Source: Rhizaria sp. SCN 62-66 (Eukaryota). Taken from it: DNA of 64,000 nt. The notes under the pieces are model-generated. The model did not search any database, was not told the origin of the DNA, and was given only the letters and a program-made list of their open reading frames with translations. A program made the position numbers and the translations under genes. The stretch covers positions 124,001-188,000 of the forward strand of contig MEDY01000042.1 in assembly GCA_001724265.1 (NCBI GenBank), read 5' to 3'. This document shows positions 1-12,700 of the stretch, piece after piece; the stretch's first letter is position 1, and every line of letters begins with the position of its first letter.

Positions 1-80
1 ATCGGGACGTGCTGGTTCAGACGCGACTCGGTGGCAGTGGGAGCCTGCTCAGCGGTCGCAGCGAGGGTGGGGGAGCTCAT
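1..80 (-). CDS. 5' end of a protein-coding gene running off the left edge (MSSPTLAATAEQAPTATESRLNQHVP...)
   Basis: ATG at 80-78 on the minus strand; the frame is open and GC-rich to the window edge. An AT-rich spacer lies upstream, divergent from the next gene. Only 26 codons are visible. Confidence 0.45.
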   Translation of the reverse strand, partial: MSSPTLAATAEQAPTATESRLNQHVP

Positions 81-725
81 TTCTCACCAGCACGAGTCAG
101 TGGGTACAGAGTGGCGGCTCGGGAGGAGTGACGAAGGTTTCTAGAGCTATAAAAAAAAAGAAATAGCAGAAACTATTACGAAAAATCAGAAAGTTGTGTT
201 GCACTGCCACTGACGGCTTGTTTGTCGAGATCCGCAATGGCTTCAGTCGCGGTCACTCATGAGGCGACGCTGCTCACAGTCTTCCGAAAGCGCTTCACTT
301 CACTAGTAGATTCTCGCTCTGCTGAAACGTCAGGTGCTTATTTTATGCGCCCATGCCAACAAAGACACCGCTTTGTATAATGTGTTTTGATTATATTATC
401 TGGAATGCAATCTGCCTTTCTCTGTAGTCGACCGAGCTAGTGCCAAGCTGCAGAGCACGTCTCTTGCCGAGATCCTCTACTCCAATTGCACATCCACGCA
501 CATCTTTTGCATGTTATCAAATGATGCTGCCACTTCCTTGCTATAACTGCAATTTTACGCTCGGATCCCATGCTTATATTTCTCGACCTTGCGCGTACAC
601 CGCTCTGTTTCTATCCCGGCCTTGCTCCGATTGCCTCCAGCTTCGTACACAAACCAGCTTCATTCAAGACATCCGCTGCGACCAGGCCCATCTTCCCTCA
701 ACCACACGACCTGCGCGCCGGTGTT

Positions 726-3700
726 ATGTACTCCGCCTACGGCGCCCCGGCGCTGACCCCGTCCGCTGCGCCGCTGTTCACTCCCCACAGCGGCAGTTTA
801 CTCTCGCCATTCTTTATTGCTGCAGCTCCTGTGCCCGCCACGCCCGCCGCCGCTGCTGCGCCTATGGCGTCCGCCGCGAGTGCGCCCGCGTTCCCTGCGC
901 CCTGGCACGCGTCCGCGCATGTTCCACTTCCCGCGTTGAGCACGCTTGCCGCGGCTGGGGTTGTGTCGAGCGCGGGCAACAACGCTGCCACGCACTACAA
1001 CTCTCACGCCCACACAAGCGCTGGTGGTGTTAATAACGTGAGTACAGTCGCGAGTGCTGCTGCCAGCGACGTTGCTGGGCTCAACTGGGCTCCGATCCCG
1101 CACCCTGATGCCCCCGTTGTTGCTATCGTGCCACAGTTCGCCGTTATGCGCGACACTACTGCCCGCGTCAATGCTGCCGCGAGCAGCGCAAACGATATTA
1201 CGACTGCCTCGACTGCTGTGGCTGACTCTGCGCTGCTGCCCGCTGCTGACTTTGCGTCGACGGGCGAGCGCGGCTACGGAGTGTTTGGCGGCGTGTCCGC
1301 TGTTAATCCGGTCGAAAACGCGCTTAAATCGCTCACGAAAGCGGTGTTCATCACAACTGCAGTGCTGCCGAGCACTCCTTTCGCCGCCACTTCTTCGACT
1401 GACGGGAACTCGAACAGCACGGCGACAGCAAGCGCAGTGAGCGCAACGCTGCCCATTCTGGCTGAGGCGCGGGTGTCTCACACACTGATACACACGACGG
1501 ACCCTTATAATGCAGCTTCTGAGCAAGGTTCTTACGCGACTGCTAATGGAGCGATTCGTACGACGACGACGGTGTTGCCGTTGGCGGGCGCATGCTCATT
1601 GCTCGCGTTCAAACCCACAGCGCCGGTTCCTACGTCGAACGCGCTCTCGGGAGCCACCACAAACGCTTCTAGCAGCAGCAGTAACAACAACAGCTCTATC
1701 GGCGGTAATCACTGCAGTCGTCCTGAGGGCTCTGCTGCTGCGTCCCCGTCTCTCGCCACACTGACCTCACCGTCGCCGGCGCTGTCACTCGCGCCCGCGG
1801 TGCCAACCGAGAGCGTTTTTGCGCTCGCTGCTGGCGCTGCCGTGTCACTGTGGCAGGCAACCGGCCTTCCGACCACCGCCTCCGCCGCCGCCTCCGCCGC
1901 CGCCGCCGCAGCAGCAGCAGCATCAGCTGCGAGCGCGAGCGCGAGCGCTGTGGCTGTGAAGGACGCATGCGCTGCGACGTGCAGTGTGGAGTGTTTCTCC
2001 ACTGTGCCGCTGCCGATGCTGCCGCAGCCGCAGGTGACTCTGGCGCCGCTGTCCAAGCGCTCTGCGACCGGCGCCAAGCACAGCCACTCTGGCCGTAGCG
2101 ACGGCGAGGATGGGGACGAGAGCGGTAGCGACTGCGACGCAGTTGCAGTCGACTGCGACTGTGTCGGCAGCAACAGTGTTGATACTCACGCTGACCACGA
2201 GCACAGTGAGGATAGCGAGTACGATGACGACGACGACGATGACGACTATTACGATGACGATGCGAACAACAACAACAAGACCGTTGGTGCCAACAACAGT
2301 GATGCTGCTGCGACTGCATCTGACGCCGCCACTGCAAGTGGTGGTGGTGCTGCTGCTGCTGCGAAGACGTTACCGCCTCGTGCCGCTCGCACCATTGCCC
2401 GTCGCGCTTTAGTCCCCGTCGGCTGGCACCCGGCCTACGCTCGCCGTTCAAACGCAAACACAGATAGTGCCGATGCCAGGTCTGACGGCTGTGCGAGTAA
2501 TAAGCCGGCTGTGACGGTGGCGACCGCGCCGCTCACGGTCACCCACGTGTCGTGGTCCGAGCTGTGCCCCGATACGCTTGTGGTGACCGCAGTTCAGCAG
2601 GTGCGCACGGTCATTTCCGCCACCGGCTCTGCCTCCACAGCTTCACACCGTCACGGCAGCATCGATGGCAGCGCCAGTAATAACATGAAACACAGCAAGG
2701 GCCGTGTGCTCCCGTGGCGCACCCTCGCTCTGCTGGCGCCTTATGTGCTGCTGCTTGACACGCGCCGCGGTGTGTGGCGCGCTGCCATTCCGCTGCCGCA
2801 GCTTCTGTCCCCTCTGCGCTGCGGGGACACCGCGAGTGACGCTACAACTGCTCAGCCTAACTTCGCACCGCTCTCGCTGTTTGCGCGCTTCAATCACCAG
2901 TCGCCTGACTCGCTCTACATCGCAGCCGGCGAGCGCCTGTTCGCGCTGTCTCCGGCGCTGCTGAGTGCGAAGCTGCACGCTGCACACTCACACGCGCGCA
3001 CGTCTGCGGTTTCGGCCGCGGCGGCCAACGCGGCGTCGGGCACAGTCTCCGACGTGCACTGCGGCAGCAGCAGCAGTTCTGAGGGCGGGTGCTCGTGCGC
3101 GGGCGTGTCGTGCGAGCGCGCGTTCTGCGATAGCGCGAGCGAGGCGCCGTATTGCTATGACCCGTTTGTTGTTGCGTCGATTGCGCGTGGCAACTTGTCT
3201 GGCGTTGTTCCGTTCCCACTTAAGTCCGCTGAAGTGTCTGTCTCATTCCCCGCAGCAGCAGCTGCATCGGCGCAAAACAGTTACACTGATCTTGCGAATG
3301 CGACTGCTTCGCAGCAAGCGACTGTGAACAGTATTACACAGCCTGCGACTAGTGCCGCTGTAGTTGAGCCGCAGTTGCGTGTCCCTCTGTTCCCGCTCGC
3401 TGCGACGACAATCAGCGCAGTTGAACTTTCCGCTCTCGACGCAAACACTGTCGTCATCACACCTTCGTCGTCCTCGTTCAATTCGCAGTCTCACAGCGCC
3501 GTCACGGCCGGCGGCTTCGTCAACGGGCGCGCTCTGGCACACGCCGCGACACCGCGCCCCACCACAATTGCGGCCGGCGAGTCCGTCTTCGCCGCCGTGG
3601 CCGCAGAGGTTGCGACACCGCCCAAGGTCGCGCACCAGCTTGCAGCTGCGGCCGCCGCCATCGTGCTCGCCACGGCGACGGGGTACTACCCCGGCGGCGG

Positions 3701-6700
3701 GGCTTCGGCCAGAGGCGGCCTGACTTCTTCAAGAGGCGGCTTGACTACGCACCAGGGAGGCTACTACGTGGTTGGCTCCGCTGCTGCTCTTGCTCTCACG
3801 CCTTTTCTCTCGAACTCCCACACCTACAGCAGTTCTGACGGTGTTTCCCGTCATAGCGCGAAGCAACACCGGCACGCAACCGCGACTTCGAACGGTCACC
3901 GCAACCGTCCCCGTGCTCCACTGCCTCTGGCGCGCGCTCTGCGCTGCCCGTGGCTGTCGCCCGACTTTTTCGGAACCCTCTCCGCGCGCCAGGCCCCCAC
4001 TGCGGCGGCGCATGATACGGCCGCGCTTGCCCGCTGGTGGCTGCGCACTGTGCTGGGGGCTTTTTTCGGTCCCGCTGACGCCGCGACTGCGCATTACCGT
4101 GACGCGCATGCGGTCGCGCTTGCACTGGCACCCGCATTGCCCGCTGCCGCTGGCTCTAGTTCCACTTCTAACAGCAGTAACACGCGTAACAGCGCTAACA
4201 CCGATAATGTCTGCGCGTCTGCGGAGAGTACTGGCTCTGATGCGGCCACGACCAGCGATAGCAGGAGCAAGGACGACTCGTCTCCCGACAACACTTCTGC
4301 TGAGAACAATGCAAACGCCGCGCGCAAGTCGGAGGCTGCTGCGATTATGGCCGCTGAGCCTCCCCGGCTGTCGCAGCTTCTGGCCCGCGCGGCCGCAGTG
4401 TTCCTGACGTCCTGCGCGCATCTCACGGCGCTATCAGCATCTTCCAGCAGCGCGGGCGCTAGCAACGCTCTCAGTAGCAACGCCGATAGTGAGGTTAGTC
4501 CCGTCGGTGCTGCACCGCCGCGGTTTGCGGGCCTGCCGCGCGCTGTTGCCCGTGCCAGCGCTGCGTGCGCCGCTGCCGCCGCAGTAATCGCGTCCTTCGG
4601 CGTTCCTCAGTCCGTGCTCGAAGCCCTCGTCTTCACCTCTGCCGCTGCCGGCGCCGCTGCTACAGCCGCTGCGTCGGGCGTTGTTCCGGCGAACATTGCG
4701 CTCGCAGCCGCCGAGGCCGAGGTCGCCGCAACGAACGCGTTCGAAGCCGCGCTTGCGCGTCGCCTCGCAGTCTCACTTGAGCCCGCCCGCACCGCTTTGA
4801 TGGCGCACCTGTCGTCGCCCACGGTGACCGCCGCAGTTCCCGCCAGCGCCAGCGCGCCGTTTGCCCCCGGTGTGCCGTACACTGCTTTACCGGCCGCGAC
4901 GGCGACCGCGCTGTCTTCCGTGCCGATGTCGGTATTGCGCGCGCTTGCGGGCGCGGCGGCGGCGGTGCGGGCCACCCCCGGTGTAAGTGACCGTGAGACG
5001 CTTGCGTGCGGACTCTGCGTCGGTACCTGTGCCGGCTGCGCTGTTCCGACCGTGGCGTCACACTTTGTCGCTGCAGGCGGCGCGAACGCGGTGGTCGCGG
5101 CTGGCGCAGCGGTGTCGCGGCCCGTGCTGCGCCGGCCTATGCACTCACCGCCGGCGCTCATCTGGTCTGTCACACGCCAGACACATCATGCACAACACGC
5201 AGAAAGCGCGGTGGCCGTGCTGCCAGCGCTGTCGGCGTGGCTCTGGCGCAGCGCGAACGGAGAGACGAAGGCTGTCGTCGCGATCCCGGCACTTACTCTG
5301 TGTAAGGGCGTGCTCACGGTCACCCACTCGCCCGTGATGAAGATCCCCCTGACCGTGCTCAATATCAACTTCACGCCGCTGTCAGACGCTATTCCTTTAC
5401 ACGCGGGCGCTTACCCGCGCCCGTACCCTTCAGTCAACAACTATCCAGTTGTGAACAGCAACGCTGGCGCTCGTGGTGTTCCTCCGTCGTCAAACACTCT
5501 CTCTGTTCCGCATTATTACAAGCCTCAGCAGTACGGCGGCACTAGCAACCCCAGCCCGAATTATAGCCACAGTCAGTCTCTCGCCCAGTCTGTGACTGCG
5601 CCCGTGCTGCTGCCGGCTGCTGCGCTGCACAGTCTGTTGACTCTCCCGCGCGAGCTCGCTCCGAGTGCCACCTTCCACCAGATCCCTCAGATCACCTGCA
5701 ACGCTACCGCGTTTTACTCATTCCTGCTCGGTGTTCCTGTTGCCAACTCAGCGTCCTCAGGCATTGCGAAGCGTCCGCAGCACCCGCCGTTGATTGTCGT
5801 CGCTCACCCGGACTCGCCGCAGCTGTTGCTGCTGCCCCCTGCGACTGCAACGCACTTAGACACCCGTAGCAACGCACGCCGTCACCGCGGCGGCGCTCGC
5901 AACCACGGCCACACCGCCTCTGCGACTGGCACTGCTGCGACGCTGCCTGCGTCGTCACTGCTTGGTCTCGCGCTCACACGGCTTTGGGGCGCTTCCCTGC
6001 CTCACGGCGCTCTCACGTCCACTGTCTTCCCCACGAACAACGCTAACAGCAACGTTAGAAACGCGAGTTCAACAGCGCTCGCGCTCACAGTCACCGCGGC
6101 TGGCTCGGCAGCGCTGTCGCGTCTCCCGTTGCTGCGCGCCCGGCCGCAAATTCCACGTAACTCGGGCGTTCCTTTTGCGCCGATGTCACCCACCGCGTGC
6201 GGCGGCAACTGCGGTGCGGCGTTCCTTGCGAGAGTGATCACCGTTACTCAGCGCATCACCGCAGCGCTTGCGGCGACTGTGCCGGTGCCCGCTTCCGCTG
6301 TGTCGGCCGCCGGTGCGCTGGCTGGGATGCTGCCGCTGTCGCACCTGCGCATGCGACTCGAAAGCGTGTACCCCGATGTCTCGAGCGCGATCGTGCAGTT
6401 CTACACCGCGTCTGTGCCAGACACGCTGCTGTCGACTTCGGGAACAGGATACGCGGCTGGCGCTGGCGCTGGCGCTGGCTCTGGTTCTGGGGCCACTGCG
6501 AGTGCAAAGGCGGGCGCGGCGACGCATCACCGTACGCTGCTGCGTTTGCTTATCCATTGTCCTAGCTCGCACCCTCTTGCGCCTCCACAGCTCACCCCGA
6601 TGCCCTACACTGCATTCCCGGCCACTGCGGTCGCAAACGAGCGGGCGACCAACGAGAATACCGCTGAGACGCCGCAGCCCGTTGTGCGCTCGCCCCCGCC

Positions 6701-9700
6701 TCTGCACTATGCGATCGCTGACCTCGCAGTCCGCTCTTGCGCACGCCTTGCCCCGACCGCGGCCGCCGCAGCCGCCGCGCCCGCCGGCGACGCCGATGGC
6801 AGCGACGACCAGGGCGGCCTCACTGACGTCATCGCCGCTGTCACTGCGCCCGACACTGTGCTGATGTACAGCACGGTCGACGGCGCGCTCACCACAGCGG
6901 CTGCGGCTGCTGTTAGCGGCGGCATGACTGCTGCGCCCTCGGCTGCGGCTGCAGCGGCGCTGGCAGGGCCGCGAGGCGTGACCTTCGCGACTGTGAGCGC
7001 AAATGAGCCCCGGAACGCGTTGGCGGCGTCGTTGCTCGCGGCCGCTGCTATGGTGCAGACTGCGCTTGCGTTTGCCGACGTATCGGCCGCGCTGGTGCCC
7101 AGTGCTCTTGAGCTCTCTTCTGACTCGAGCAGAGTTGACGTGCAGAGTTCAGAGCGTGGGCAAACGCAGAAGCAGAAGCAGCACCCGCTTGCGCCTGCTG
7201 CAGCGATGCTCGTTGACACTCCGTTCGAGCCGTCGCAGCGCCGTCGCAGTCTGCTGCGGTTGCCGGCGCCGCTGCGTCCGCGTGCTCTGTCACTGATTAT
7301 GACAATTTGCTCGCGCTCTGCAGTCTTTGCTGCGCAACAACAGCAGCAGCAAGAGCAACAGCAACAGTCACACGCGACCGCGGCTGAGGCTAACTCTGCT
7401 GCAAGCTATGCCGCGCCGTCTGTGGTGTATCCCATTGCGCACTGGCCCTGGGACGCTGTATCCGCGCTGTCACATTCCATTCCCGCTCTTTTGGCCCCCT
7501 CGCGGCGCTACGAGACGCTCTCTACCGCACTGGAGAGCTTCCGTGCCCTGTACGCCTCCGTCGTCGGCGTTGAGTGGCTGCCCCGCGCTTCCTCCGCCGC
7601 GCTTGCGCTGGCAGTTCTGAACCCGCCCGCCGCCGCAGCCGCCGCAGCCGCGTCCGCCGCGGACGACGACGCCGCCGCAGCAGGCCTGCCGCTGCCTTCG
7701 ACACTCACTGCAGCTGCCGCCGGCAGCGGCGGCGACGCACACGGCAGCGGCGCATCGCACCACCACGGCGCAAGCGTGCGCCACGGCCGCCCTCGCACCC
7801 ACGCCGCGTACACCGCCGCCGCCGCCGCCGCCGCGCCTGGCCGTCGCAGCCGGCGGCCTAGCGCCACGGGCTCCGGCCACGGCACGCCGCAGCACGGCCC
7901 GCGCGCGTCCCCCGCGGACCCGCCGGGCACGGACGGCAACAGTGCGGCGGCCCGCCGCGGCCGGCGCCGGCACTGGCGACGAAGAAAGCGACCGCGCGCA
8001 CTCGCGTAGCCGGTCCGTGTCGCTCGTACGGCCGGAGTCGCGTGGCGCCAGGCTCGTGCGCGGCACGTCAGCGACGCGCGCCGGCGTGCGCCGCCACGGC
8101 CTCAGCGCGGCGACGGGGCCCCGCGGCGCCGCTGCGGCCGCGGCTGCGGGCGCGGTGGCTGCCGGCGGCAACGGCGCTCACCCCGTTCGTCCCCTGCTGA
8201 CGTCACCGCTGCCTGACACGCTGTCTTGGCCTGCGGATTCGCTGACGGCGTGGCCGCTGGTGACACCGCTGCACGCGCCGGCGCCGTTCGCGCTCTCCAA
8301 GCCCACGTCTGCGGCTGCTGCGGCCGTAGCGGCGGCAGCGGCGGCCTAGGTCGCTGCGGCGCCCGCGCGGTCCGCTGTGACTGCGGCGCGCGCGCTGCTG
8401 ACGATCGCGACTGTGCTGGCTGAAGTGTCGCCGGATGTGCAGGCTCTGTTTACGTTCGAGGCTGAGCTCGAGAGCACTCGCATCGCGCCTGCTTCTGCGG
8501 ACGGTAACCTGAACACGACGACGAGTGGTGTTGGTGCCGACTCGGCTGACGGTGAAGACGGCGCGCTTGTGATGCCGACTCTCGAGCACACGTCGTCGTA
8601 CAACAACAACAACACTTACGTCAGTTCTAACAGTCGTGAGTTCCGTCGTGCTGCTTCAGGCCCCGGCGTCAGCGCAACTGCCTCGTCCTCCGCCGCTGCA
8701 GCGAACGCTGCGTCGGCTGCCAAGGGGACTCTGTGGGGTGCCGTCATGCGCGCACAGACCGCTGCGCTCACTACTGCAGATACTTCACTGTTCACACTGC
8801 TGTCTGCGCCGCTAGTCGCTCCTGTCACCGCGCTTGTGGCTGCGGCCTTGGCGACGTCGGCTGCGGTCACCGCTGCCACCAGCGCCGCCGCCGCTGCCGC
8901 TGCGGTTTCCGCGGCAAGTGCGAGCGTGAGTGCGAGTGCGAGCGCCGCTAGCGCGCACAACACGAGCGTGGGTGGCGCTACTGGTGGCAGCGAGCACCGC
9001 AGCGCGAGCCGTGGCCGGCGCCGCAGCAGCCGTCTCGGCGACGGCGCTGACGACGAGACAGCTGTGGCCGCCGCAGCTGCTGCAGCAGCTGACGAGGCGC
9101 TCGCCGTCGCTGTCGCGGCGGCTGAGGCTGAGGTCCCCAACAGTGCAGCGTTCGCTGGGCTTGACGGCGTTGAAGCCGAGGCAGTTACTGACTCGCTACT
9201 GGCGTCGTTCGAGAACAGTGAGTTTGACATCGCTGTCCCGCTCCCGCTCCCTGCCCTGCCGCTCCGCCCTCGCGTCATCATTGCGTCTACTGCTGTCTCT
9301 GAGAATTTGACTGTGAGTGCGCAGTGCCCTCACATGTGTGGTATCTCCTGGGGACCGAACGGCCAACTCGTCTTCTTCTCTGCCCAAGTCCCCGGCAGCA
9401 ATGCTCGCCCACTCAATACCGCTAGCCCCAGCGCAGTTTGTGCGCCGCCGCGGTCGATGCTTGACTACTGGCGCGTGCGCAATGCGGCCCCTGCTCCCCC
9501 GACGCGGCTTAATTTATCCCACTTCTTCTACAACACGACGCTGTTCCTGCCCCACGCTCCCGGGGCGCGTGCTGCCGCCTTGGCTCCCGCTGTTGCCGCC
9601 GCAGCCGCCGCAGCCGCCGCAGCCGCCGCAGCCGCCGCTGCGACGCAGCTCCCCGCACCTACGAGCACTGCCGTCACGAATATCAGCCCGAACAACGCGA

Positions 9701-12700
9701 CTGGCGGTATCGCCGGCGTCGCTGTTGCCGTTGCTGGCGCCGATGACGCCGATTTCCTCATCGCGAACTCTCCGCAGGATCCGTCGTCTCCGCATGCGCC
9801 CGCCGCCGCGGCCGCACTTTCGTACGGCGGCAGCGATGGCCCCGGCGGCGTCGGCAGCGAGATGACTGCGCTCGCGCTCTCGGCGCAGAGCAGCGGCGTC
9901 GCAGATGGTGCGATGCTCGGCGACACGCGCGCCCCGCAGCCGCGACTGCGCGAGCGTCCTGTGTGCCTCAACCCGGCGCTGGCGCGCTTTGTGCGCGGTG
10001 GCGGCGCGTCTGACTCTGAGTCTGATTCGATGACCGATCCCCGGTCAGACGAGGGCGATTCTGACCGGAGTTACGACTCGCGGCGCCGCCACAGTGACGA
10101 CGACGCAGAGAGCGCGCTCGGTGGCATTGCGCCCCCGAGTGAGACTACCGAGGCTGACGCCGATGCGGCGCTGCTGGGGCTCTCGTTACCGGCACTGGAA
10201 ACGCTCGGGATCCGGCTTGGCACAACGCCCACAGCGAAGACCTCGGGCAGCAAGTCAGGCCGACGCCGCGGCCACCACAAGCAACAGTCCGATAACCGCG
10301 AGTCCGAGTCCGAGCGCGGCGACGGCAGTGACGGCGACGACAGCGACCGGTCGCGTCTCAGCCACCGCGGCTCGAGCAGTGGCGCAGCGTTCGGCGCCGC
10401 TGCTGCGCGGATGGGCAACAACACGGCGAACAACAGCGCGCGTCAGTCACGCCGCGGTAGCTATGCGAGCAGCGCTGGTGCCAGTCCCCGCGTCGTCAGC
10501 AGCGCCAGCGGCAGCGGTCCGCTGTCGCTGCTGACGCTCACTGCGCCTTCGTCCCAGCGGCGTCAGCGTCCGCTGCGGTCTCCGGCGGCTTCTTCTAGCG
10601 CGGCCACTGCTGCTGCTGGATCTACCGGCGACGATGACGATGCAGTCAACCGCTTTGGTCTTCGTCGCAGGCACATTGAAGTGCTCGAAGGCGCTGATCA
10701 GAGCGTTGGCAGTAGCGACGTTGACGACAGTGGCACTGATGATGTCAGCCACGACGACGCCGACTCGGACGTCGAGGGCGACGCCACCGACGAGGGCGAT
10801 GACGCACATGACGAGATTGAAGGTGACGGCCTTGACGGCTTAACTTTAGTCTCTGCGGGTGCTGACGGTGAAGGTGACCACCACCATCATGACGGCGAAG
10901 GCGATGATCTCAACGACCGTGGACTGGGAGTCGAGAGCGACGAGGACGAAGAGGAAGGCAGTATCGCGAGTATGTCTGACTCGAACAACATCAACAACAC
11001 GAACAGCAACAGCGAACTGCCTCGCATCAGCCCGACCTCGAGCACAGGCCTCACGTCTCTCTCGCGCCGCCACAGCAGCTACCACAGTTACCACAGCCGC
11101 GGCAGCAGCAAGGGCGGCAATACCCCAACCAACGCCAACCCTAAGCGCGATGAGCAGGTCAACGGGACATACGCCAGCAGTACCTCTTCCTCCAGTGGCG
11201 GCAGTGAGATTGAGGCGAGCAGCGAAGACGACATGATCCAGTGGGTCACACCAGACGCCGCGGTCGTCGCGACTAGACCCCGCACGCGCAGCCGCCACAA
11301 GCTCCGCCGTCAGCGCTCGAACCCCGGCGCTTCTGAGTCTACTTCAGCCGGAGCTGCGGAGAGCAGTAACGAGAGCGGAGTCTTAGTGCTCGGCCCTGGT
11401 GCCAGTACGGTCGCGTCGGAGCTTGAAGCCACTGCGCAACACCTCGCGCTTGAGAAGCAGCGCCAGGTGCGCCGCGCGGCTGCTGCGGCTGCTGCGGCCG
11501 CCAACGCCGCCACTGCTGCTGCGGCCGCCGCGGCCGCTGCCGAGGCCGCCGCCGCTGAGGCCGCTGCCTTGGTCCCCGCTGTCCCTCGCCCGATCACTGC
11601 GATTGCTATCGCTCCCTGCGCCGACGCGCTGACTTTCCACTCACTGTCACCGTTCTTCTTGGCGCTGGCATCAACGCGGTCCGCCCTGTCCCCAGCGCCG
11701 CCGTCGCCGCACGCCATCGCGTTGCTGGCCCTGCGGCTGAGCGTCGCCACGCGGGACCCCGCGATGTCGAAGATGGCTGAGACCGCCGCGCTACTCACTG
11801 AGCCCACGGCGTCCGCAGCAGCGGCTGCAGCTGCCGCGGCTGCCGCGCCGGTGGCCGTCTCCGCAAGCGCCGGTAGTGGCTTGTTTGCCTCGACCGGCCG
11901 CGCTCCCGTGATCTCGCACTCTGTCTTTACTTCGGGCAACGCGAGCAGCCACGGCAATAGCTCGAGCAACGCGACGGCCCTCGTCGCCGCTGCGCCCGCG
12001 CGCCCGCGCCCGTACCCGCTGCAGCAGTTCGGCATGTCTCTTGCGCGCTCTCTGCTGCGCGATCAAGTCGCCGGCGGCCACACCACCATGGCGGCGTTCA
12101 TCGCGATGCTGTTCTCCCGCTTCCTCTTCGACCCGCGCCCCGCCAACGCCGCGGCTGCAGCGACTGCAGCGGCCGCGCTCAGCGCCGTGCACCGCCGCCG
12201 TGGCCGCCGCGCTGGCCGCCGCGCCGCGAACCCTCGCCTCGGCACCGCCGCTGCGGCCGCGCGTGCCGCCGCCACGGCCGGCATGGGTGCGCCGCTGTCG
12301 TCGCTGCTGCGCGTGTTCCCGCGCTCGTTCCCGTTGCCGCGCGAAGTCGTGTCCGTGCGCGCCAGTGACGGCACGCCTTGCTCCACCGCAGTGCTTCCCT
12401 CGTCCGCTGGCGTCGCTCTCGGCTCCTCCGCCGCAGCCTCTGCCGCGACGGCGAGTACGCGTGCGCTGAGCGCTGGCGGCGCTGCTGGCCAGGCCGTCGT
12501 GGCTGTGCCGTGCCCAGCGCTGGCGTTCCTGCCCACGGTCACCTCGCAGAGCATTGTGCAGATCGTCTCGGTGCCGATGATCGCGGTTGCCTCAGAAGCT
12601 GCCGATGTGCCTCTCAGCACTGCAAGCCCCAACATGATCATTACATCTGCTCCACTCAGTGCAAGTTACAACAGTGCGGCAATCTCGAACTCCGCAAAGT

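Noticed and set aside
8026-8349. Possible 324-nt in-frame intron GTACGG...CCTAG that would remove the first in-frame TAG
   Set aside because: Formally possible, but the stretch is extremely GC-rich, has no pyrimidine tract, is longer than all 12 supported introns and encodes ordinary-looking protein. Disfavoured, not excluded without RNA data.
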